Below the pieces are notes generated by a model. That model was given only the letters and a program-made list of their open reading frames with translations, was not told the DNA's origin and did not search any database. The translations under genes and the position numbers were made by a program. A stretch of DNA of 64,000 bases from an uncultured Candidatus Saccharibacteria bacterium (lineage in GTDB: Bacteria; Patescibacteriota; Minisyncoccia; Phycocordibacterales; UBA2100): contig CAZJEQ010000005.1 of the NCBI GenBank assembly GCA_964545165.1, forward strand, positions 7,072 to 71,071, written 5' to 3'. Below are positions 57,541 to 64,000 of the stretch, in pieces. Within the stretch, counting starts at the first letter, position 1, and the number at the start of each line of letters is the position of its first letter.

Positions 57541-59655
57541 CTAAGCATCTGACGTTCTGATGGCGGTCGTCGAACCACCCGATATGCCGAGCGTACCCGT
57601 CGTCTCGAAGGTCTTGATAGGTGACCCCGCGCCGCCGTCGCGAACACGGATGAAAAGGTTTCTGTCTGCGGCGTAGACACCGGTGAATGTAGCAGTCGTC
57701 GCATCGGCAAGCTTGTCTATGTAGCTCAAGAAGACATTGGCGCCATTGGAGGCGTTATTTCCCGAGAAGTCTGTTGAGCTGATGGTAAAGGTCGACGATG
57801 CCCATGCGGAATAGGCATGGCGTGTGTATTGGCCGTCAGCGCGCTTGATTCGGATCGTCCCCGTGTTTGGCGTGTCTGTCGGAATCGAGCCATTGACCAC
57901 CACCGACGTGACCGTGCCCCCCGTGAGCGCACCATTGAGGTTCATCTGTCTCAGATCAATATCTGCTGACACCGAGCCATTGACGGCAGCTGTGGCAGAT
58001 GAGGTGCCGCCCGTGATGGTGGAGTTGTCGGTCGGCACCGAGCCCGTCAACATCTGACCGATAGACATAAAGCCCGTGGTGCCATTGTCGTACAGCTCAG
58101 CGAGGCGCGCGGTGCCGGAGGGCGAGGTAAAGGTAAGCGTTTCGCCAATAGTGAAGGGGCCTCCGGATTCCGCATCATATTGAAAACGGTAGCCCTGGGG
58201 AGCGACGAGCACGCGATCCTCGCCTGAAACGATACCGGAAACCGTAAAGGTGACGAAGTTTGGCGCCTGGTATTGCGTGTTGGTAAGGTCGAAGACCTTG
58301 TCATTTTGACTCAAGTCAGCAGACTCGATGCCCACACCGTACGCACCGATGATAGCTGAACCAGTCGAAGCACCGATAAATGGTGTCGAAACGGTTCTCT
58401 CGGTTACCGTGACGTTTACGAGACAAGTGGCACCGGATGTGCCTCCCGTGATCGTCTGGTTGTCTGTCGGCGCAACCCCGGTGAGGAGCTGGATCCACAT
58501 ACTCGTTGCCGCGTTGACATCGTTTACCGCAAGCATCTGCCCCGTACCGCCTGACCACGAGACTGCTTCATACGCTGAGAAATCAGTCCCACCCTGGCCA
58601 TCGGTAGTGATCTGATGCGTGATACCGCGGAAGAGCTCGCCATTCAATCCGTAGAGGGTGGTCCCCGAGCCATCTCGAGAGATGTACTTCATCCGCTCGT
58701 AGAACTGGTTGATGGTGTAGGTGTCTTTGTTCCACTCTGAGTAGTAGTACTCGTCAGTGGCATCGTTGTTGACGTCGATGCCGTTGTAGCCAGAGGTGGT
58801 GTTGGTGATCGACGTATACGTCGCGATCGTCGTCGCCGAGGTGGTGTTGTTGAGATCCGATGCGGCCGCGAGCGCCACCACGTTGATACCGCGCGTTGTA
58901 CCGTTGACCTTAAATTCGAGGTACGTCCTCCCCCATTCACGAGTGGTGGCGATAAGGCGGCGACCGTCGGTATCAGCGCCACCGGTGCGCACCTTCATCA
59001 TAAAGTTGTGCGAAATACCGTTGGCAGAATCACTGTTGAGCCCGTCTACGATGAAATACGCATCCGAAGCATCCCAATCGTTGTCAGTGCCCCCTTGGAG
59101 GGTCCCCGTGATGGTCGTACCGGTGTTTCCGGTAATCGTGGCGAACGAACCGTCTGTGGTATTCCTGATTCGGTAACCAATCCATTGGTTCGTTGTCCAC
59201 GATTTCGTGCTATCCGTGAGGACCGCGGCATTCGCTGACCCCGTGTGCGTCCCTCCTTCTGAATAGTTCCACCAATCATCTGAGAGCACCGCACCAGCTT
59301 GAATGAATTGCACCGCGGTGCCGATGGGCGCGAGGATCTTGATACCGTCGTAGATAACAGCTCCCGATGACTGGATAATGGAGCCATCGTAAATGTGTTC
59401 GGCTGCGGTGTCGTCAATATTCCATCCGTTTATAAGAGTGACGATGTTATCAGTTGAGCGCTCAGAGGGAGTGGTATCAGTGATGTCGAGCTCATCATTG
59501 CCGGAATATCCCGCATCGTCCGCGAAGTCTTGGATGGCGCGGTGAAATTCGATGACCGTAGCATACGAGGGTGACGCTCCCGTGTGATCATGACCGGTAT
59601 AGCGAATGTTCCCTGTTTGCCTATCGAGTGACCAGTCTGCTGCTACGAATGCCAT
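57541..59655 (-). CDS. large Thr/Gly/Ser/Asn-rich fibre-like protein, 704 aa
   Basis: MAFVAADWSLDRQTGNIRYTGH...; no signal peptide; composition and size resemble phage tail fibres or cell-surface fibres. Confidence 0.55.
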   Translation of the reverse strand: MAFVAADWSLDRQTGNIRYTGHDHTGASPSYATVIEFHRAIQDFADDAGYSGNDELDITDTTPSERSTDNIVTLINGWNIDDTAAEHIYDGSIIQSSGAVIYDGIKILAPIGTAVQFIQAGAVLSDDWWNYSEGGTHTGSANAAVLTDSTKSWTTNQWIGYRIRNTTDGSFATITGNTGTTITGTLQGGTDNDWDASDAYFIVDGLNSDSANGISHNFMMKVRTGGADTDGRRLIATTREWGRTYLEFKVNGTTRGINVVALAAASDLNNTTSATTIATYTSITNTTSGYNGIDVNNDATDEYYYSEWNKDTYTINQFYERMKYISRDGSGTTLYGLNGELFRGITHQITTDGQGGTDFSAYEAVSWSGGTGQMLAVNDVNAATSMWIQLLTGVAPTDNQTITGGTSGATCLVNVTVTERTVSTPFIGASTGSAIIGAYGVGIESADLSQNDKVFDLTNTQYQAPNFVTFTVSGIVSGEDRVLVAPQGYRFQYDAESGGPFTIGETLTFTSPSGTARLAELYDNGTTGFMSIGQMLTGSVPTDNSTITGGTSSATAAVNGSVSADIDLRQMNLNGALTGGTVTSVVVNGSIPTDTPNTGTIRIKRADGQYTRHAYSAWASSTFTISSTDFSGNNASNGANVFLSYIDKLADATTATFTGVYAADRNLFIRVRDGGAGSPIKTFETTGTLGISGGSTTAIRTSDA

Positions 59656-59746
59656 GGAAGTATTTTTGAGAGGATCTTAGAGCTATAGTATACCGAGTAA
59701 ATCTTCATCTTTGCTCTCATGATGTTGATAGTCTATGCACGTACCA

Positions 59747-60658
59747 TCACGAATAGCTCAAAGAGGCGCGATTATCCCAGATCTGATCAAACACTCCCGT
59801 ACCTGCCCATTGGATAACGATGCCAGAGGTGGAGTCGACTTTTTTGATACGCCATGACGCGGCAGATGTAGCTGATCCGATCGCCGCTTCGCCGACATAA
59901 TCGACTGAGCCTACCGTTGCCAGCCGAAGCGAGAATTTGAATCCTCCAAAAGAAATCGTTTGCAGCGTTGTCTCGGTAGACGCTGATGCAGGGAGAGCTG
60001 AGCTCAACACGTCGACCTGCACATGGCGGTCGGCATCGACGAGGCCGCTTTTGGCAACATCTCCCGAGTCACTAAAGCTGCTGGATCCCGCGCCCGGAAG
60101 CGAGGTGACCTTGACTGCCAACGACCCCGAATCAAACGTGAGGTCTGAGGTCTTCAGCAAGGTCGAGAGCGTTTCTTGGGTGGCCGGATTTATTCGGGCA
60201 TTGGAAGCATTTTTGACCCCCACGACACCGGTCGTCGGTGAACTGCCCATGATTAAAGCATCCGCTCCTTTTGGCATGAGCTGTGAGGCAACGAGTCCGG
60301 CACCAGCAATGCCCGCGGCTTTGATAAAGGTCCTTCTATGCGTATCTCCGACCGTTGTTTTGGCGGAGAGGTCCAGCGGTATCGTAGGTTTCTGCTCCTG
60401 CGAAACTGCTGCTACCTGTTCTGTCGTCGACGAGAAATCTGATCCGGCACGCCGTCTTCTCACCAAAGAAAAAGAGTGCGTATTGGGCAAAAACGCGCTT
60501 GCATCATATGCGAGCCCCGCACCAGCGAGTGCGGAAGACACCACTGGAGATTCATCATCAGAAATTGTTGCTGTCGCTGACGCTGTCGCAAACGAAAAAT
60601 CTGACCCGACATGCCGTCTTCGCACCAACGAAAAAGAATGTGTGTTTGGTAACAACAT
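59747..60658 (-). CDS. hypothetical exported protein with duplicated N-terminal leader and an internal twin-arginine-like motif (RRTFIKAAGIAGAG)
   Basis: 303 aa. Residues 1-22 (MLLPNTHSFSLVRRRHVGSDFS) are repeated at residues 55-77. GGAG 15 nt upstream of ATG. Confidence 0.45.
   Translation of the reverse strand: MLLPNTHSFSLVRRRHVGSDFSFATASATATISDDESPVVSSALAGAGLAYDASAFLPNTHSFSLVRRRRAGSDFSSTTEQVAAVSQEQKPTIPLDLSAKTTVGDTHRRTFIKAAGIAGAGLVASQLMPKGADALIMGSSPTTGVVGVKNASNARINPATQETLSTLLKTSDLTFDSGSLAVKVTSLPGAGSSSFSDSGDVAKSGLVDADRHVQVDVLSSALPASASTETTLQTISFGGFKFSLRLATVGSVDYVGEAAIGSATSAASWRIKKVDSTSGIVIQWAGTGVFDQIWDNRASLSYS
60432..60657. repeat. 66-nt direct repeat x2 (about 80% identity, 160-nt spacing) spanning the 5' end of gene 59747..60658
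   Basis: 60432-60497 vs 60592-60657. Confidence 0.6.
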
Positions 60659-60783
60659 TTTTCTATATTTTCACTCCAGTATAGCAAGCGCTTCACTGCA
60701 ACATCACGCATGCTTTCGCGTGAGCGTGGATTGTATGTGCTACACTTTTGTCAATCGGAAATGGCTCACGCAAAGCGTTTTTA

Positions 60784-63700
60784 TGGATAATCGCGCCATC
60801 AAAATCTCAAGCTATTTTTTCTTGGCGCTTTTTGTTTTTTGTTTTTGCGCGACCGATATTGCATATGCCAGTTATCAAAAGATCGCTCCGGGCGATACGG
60901 TCACGTTGGGTGAATTTGTCTTTGACGATAATTTTGTCCCGACCACAACGCCGTGCACTATCGGTATAACCAGCCCTGCGAATGTCGAGGTGGTGCCTTC
61001 GACCACGCCCATGACTGCCAACAGTGACGGCTGGCACTACTATTCCTACACGACCGCCTCCAATGCAGCTTCCGGTGTCTGGCCATCGGTGATGATCTGC
61101 GGATCAACGGCAGCCGGTGACAGGGTTTTGGTGGACAAAAGCTTTATCGTTGATTGGTCGGTGGTCTCGACGAGCACTATTAAAGGAGTGGTGGACGGCA
61201 GCCTGACGGTGGCGACGACATCGCTCTCGGCAGTCATCAACGCCAACACCAACGCCGCCGTACTATCCGCTTCATCAAGCTTGTACGCGACCCTTCCCGC
61301 TACGATCTGGTCGTTCAGCGGTAGGACGCTCACTTCTTTTGGATCGCTCGTGGCTGATACTGCCGCTGCCGTGTGGGCATCCGGCACGCGCTCCCTCACC
61401 ACCTTCGGCTCGCTCGCAACTGAGATCTGGGCAAGCGCGACCCGCACACTTACAGGCGCGGGCTTGGATACCGGCTCACTTGCCACCCTGTCCGACGTGC
61501 AGACAGCCACGAGTAGCTTGGCTTCTGCAATTACGGCAGGTACGAGTGCCGTCAATAGCAATACGAATACACAGGTCTTGAGCGCCTCATCATCACTCGC
61601 TGCAGCGATTACAGCTGGTACAAGTGCTGTTAACAGCAACACGAATGCGCAGCTGCTCGCCGCGTCCACGTCACTCGCGAATTTCATCAACAGCAATAGC
61701 AATGCGACGATTCTTGCGGCATCGACATCACTTGCAGCCTACCTTAGTGCACACACCGACGCGGCGTCAACATCGATTGCCACCTTCGTGAACGCAAACA
61801 CCAACAACACGGTATTAGCCGCCTCGACATCGATCGCTGCGTTTGTGAATGCGAATACCAATGCGCAACTCCTTGCAGCCTCTACGTCGCTTGCCACCTT
61901 CGTGAATGCGAATACCAACAACGCCGTATTCATGGCGTCGACATCCCTGGCTTCTGCCATTACTGCGGGTACGAGTGCGGTGAATACGAATACCAACAGC
62001 ACGGTATTGGCTGCTTCCACATCTCTCGCCACCTTCGTAAATGCGAATACCAATAGCGCGGTGTTGGCAGCATCCACCTCACTCGCCACATCGATTCCGA
62101 TCAATGTATGGAATGCCACGAGCCGCTCGCTCACCACCTTCGGCACACTCGTGAGCGATGTTGCCTCAGCTGTGTGGTCCTCGGGCACGCGCTCCCTCAC
62201 CACCTTCGGATCGCTCGCAACTGAGATCTGGGCAAGCGCGACACGTACGCTCACCGGCGCAGGACTCGATACAGGTTCACTTGCCACTGTCTCTGATGTA
62301 CAAACGGCCACGAGTAGCTTGGCTTCTGCGATTACGGCAGGTACGAGTGCCGTCAATAGCAATACGAATAGCACCGTATTGGCGGCATCCACTTCACTCG
62401 CGAATTTCATCAACAGCAACAGCAATGCGACCATCCTTGCGGCATCTACCTCACTCGCCGCGTACCTCAGCGCTCACACCGACGCGGCGTCCAGCTCGAT
62501 CGCTTCGTTTGTAAATGCAAACACCAACAGCACCGTGTTAGCCGCGTCGACATCGATCGCATCGTTCGTGAACGCTAATACCAATGCGCAAGTCCTGAGC
62601 GCTTCCTCATCTCTCGCTGCAGCTATTACGGCAAGCACGGGCGCGGTGAATACGAATACCAACAGCGCGGTGTTGGCAGCATCTACCTCGCTCGCCACCT
62701 TCGTAAATGCGAATACGAACAATGCAGTGTTGGTGGCTTCCACATCACTCGCTTCAGCGATTACAGCAGGCACGAATGCCGTGAATACGAATACAAATGC
62801 TGCCGTATTGTCGGCTTCATCAAGCTTGTACGCGACCCTTCCCGCTACGATCTGGTCGTTCAGCGGTAGGACGCTCACCTCGTTCGGTACGCTTGTGAGC
62901 GACGTGACTGCTGCAGTGTGGGCCTCGGGCACGCGATCCCTCACCACCTTCGGCTCGCTCGCCACTGAGATCTGGACCAGCGCGACCCGCACACTTACAG
63001 GCGCGGGACTGGATACCGGCTCGCTCGCGACCGTCTCTGATGTGCAAACGGCGACGAGCTCGCTCGCTTCTGCCATCGTGGCCGGAACGAGCGCAGTGAA
63101 CAGCAACACGAATGCGCAGTTGCTCGCCGCGTCCACGTCGCTCGCGACCTTCATCAACAACAATAGCAATGCGACCATCCTTGCAGCATCGTCATCGCTC
63201 GCGGCGTATCTCAGCGCTCACACCGATGCGGCGTCAACATCGATTGCCACCTTCGTGAACGCAAACACCAACAACACGGTATTGGCAGCCTCAACATCGA
63301 TCGCTGCGTTTGTGAATGCGAATACCAACAACACTGTGTTGGCAGCGTCTACGTCACTGGCCTCTGCAATTACCGCCGGAACGAGCGCGGTGAATAGCAA
63401 TACCAATAGCACCGTATTAGCCGCGTCCACATCGCTCGCTTCAGCAGTTGCGGCAGGTACGATTGCAGTGAACAACAATACCAACAGCGCCGTGTTGGCA
63501 GCATCTACGTCGCTTGCCACATCGATCCCGCTCAACGTCTGGAGTGCGACGAGTCGCTCGCTCACCAGCTTCGGCACACTTGTGAACGATGTGGCCACCG
63601 CAGTGTGGTCCTCGGGCACCCGCTCCCTCACCACCTTCGGATCGCTCGCCACTGAGATCTGGACGAGCGCGACACGTACGCTGACGGGTGCAGGGCTCGA

Positions 63701-64000
63701 TACCGGATCGCTCGCCACCTTCTCTGACGTCCAGACCGCCACGAGCTCACTCGCATCAGCCATTACTGCTGGTACGAGCGCGGTGAATACCAACACGAAT
63801 GCACAGGTCTTGAACGCTTCCTCATCTCTCGCTGCAGCAATTACGGCAGGTACGAGTGCCGTCAATAGCAATACGAATGCACAGGTCTTGAGCGCGTCTT
63901 CGTCTCTCGCTTCTGCAATTACCGCCGGAACCAGCGCGGTGAATGCGAATACGGATGCGCAGGTGCTTGCGGCGTCCAGCTCACTCGCCTTTTCGATCCC
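60784..64000 (+). CDS. giant secreted repeat protein (>1072 aa, 3' end beyond window) built from nested 18-aa repeats
   Basis: Uninterrupted plus-strand reading frame from ATG 60784 to the window edge, so absent from the ORF track. Signal peptide MDNRAIKISSYFFLALFVFCFCATDIAYA. 54-nt units of type LAASTSLATFVNANTNNxV. The four minus-strand ORFs at 61046..63871 are its antisense shadows. Confidence 0.7.
61271..64000. repeat. nested coding repeats: 54-nt (18-aa) units inside roughly 0.7-0.8 kb super-repeats (four copies)
   Basis: 63-nt identical blocks at 61271-61333 and 62815-62877. TIWSFSGRTLTSFG / NVWNATSRSLTTFG motif recurs at about 61291, 62093, 62839 and 63531. Confidence 0.8.

Noticed and set aside
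52299-59655. Calling the fibre/lysin operon a prophage
   Set aside because: No capsid, terminase, portal, tail tube/sheath, integrase or repressor genes occur within 8 kb either side; only fibre-like proteins plus a hydrolase. It is reported as a finding with alternatives, not as a mobile element feature.
61046-63871. Four minus-strand ORFs (218-234 aa, Ala/Val/Leu-rich) from the ORF track across the repeat region
   Set aside because: They are antisense shadows of the uninterrupted plus-strand frame, which has a signal peptide and a non-repetitive N-domain. They are broken by stops, whereas the plus frame is continuous for more than 3.2 kb.

Overview
This is a high-GC (~60%), gene-dense bacterial window with very short intergenic regions. 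About 75 features are supported, starting with a minus-strand purine operon (purL, purQ, a P-loop ATPase, purK, purE, purM, purC). purL carries an N-terminal PurS-like extension. A folate/thymidylate block follows (folA, CYTH, dcd, thyA, glyA). Next is a storage-glucan cluster (ROK kinase, PGI/PMI, GH15, GH57, GT4). Redox and housekeeping genes follow: a DsbB/thioredoxin pair, VIT, a SET-domain protein, hisS, a DEDD exonuclease, glutaredoxin, FMN reductase, HxlR, lepA, murJ, a Wzy/TPR membrane protein and class II RNR nrdJ. Three tRNAs (Phe-GAA, Arg-CCT, Gly-CCC) and an RNase P RNA are on the minus strand; the ORF track does not report them. Five things stand out. First, a family of composite palindromic repeats with compensatory substitutions sits on both sides of a 3-gene islet (FAD oxidoreductase, ATP-grasp ligase, DUF1761). 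Second, a symmetrical element (9-bp direct repeats, 19-bp inverted repeats, nested hairpins) lies upstream of nrdJ. Third, many operon-first genes have a -10-like hexamer 6-8 nt before the ATG, suggesting leaderless mRNAs. Fourth, a tat locus (tatC plus three tatA, two of them a perfect tandem duplicate) adjoins an operon of very large Thr/Ser/Gly-rich fibre-like proteins ending in a (Pro-Glu)n-tailed glucosaminidase. Fifth, a giant signal-peptide protein (>1070 aa, running off the window) is built of nested 18-aa repeats on the plus strand, where the ORF track shows only antisense shadow ORFs. Several ORF-track start sites are alternative-codon artefacts and have been trimmed. All functional calls rest on motif-level recognition without database searches.
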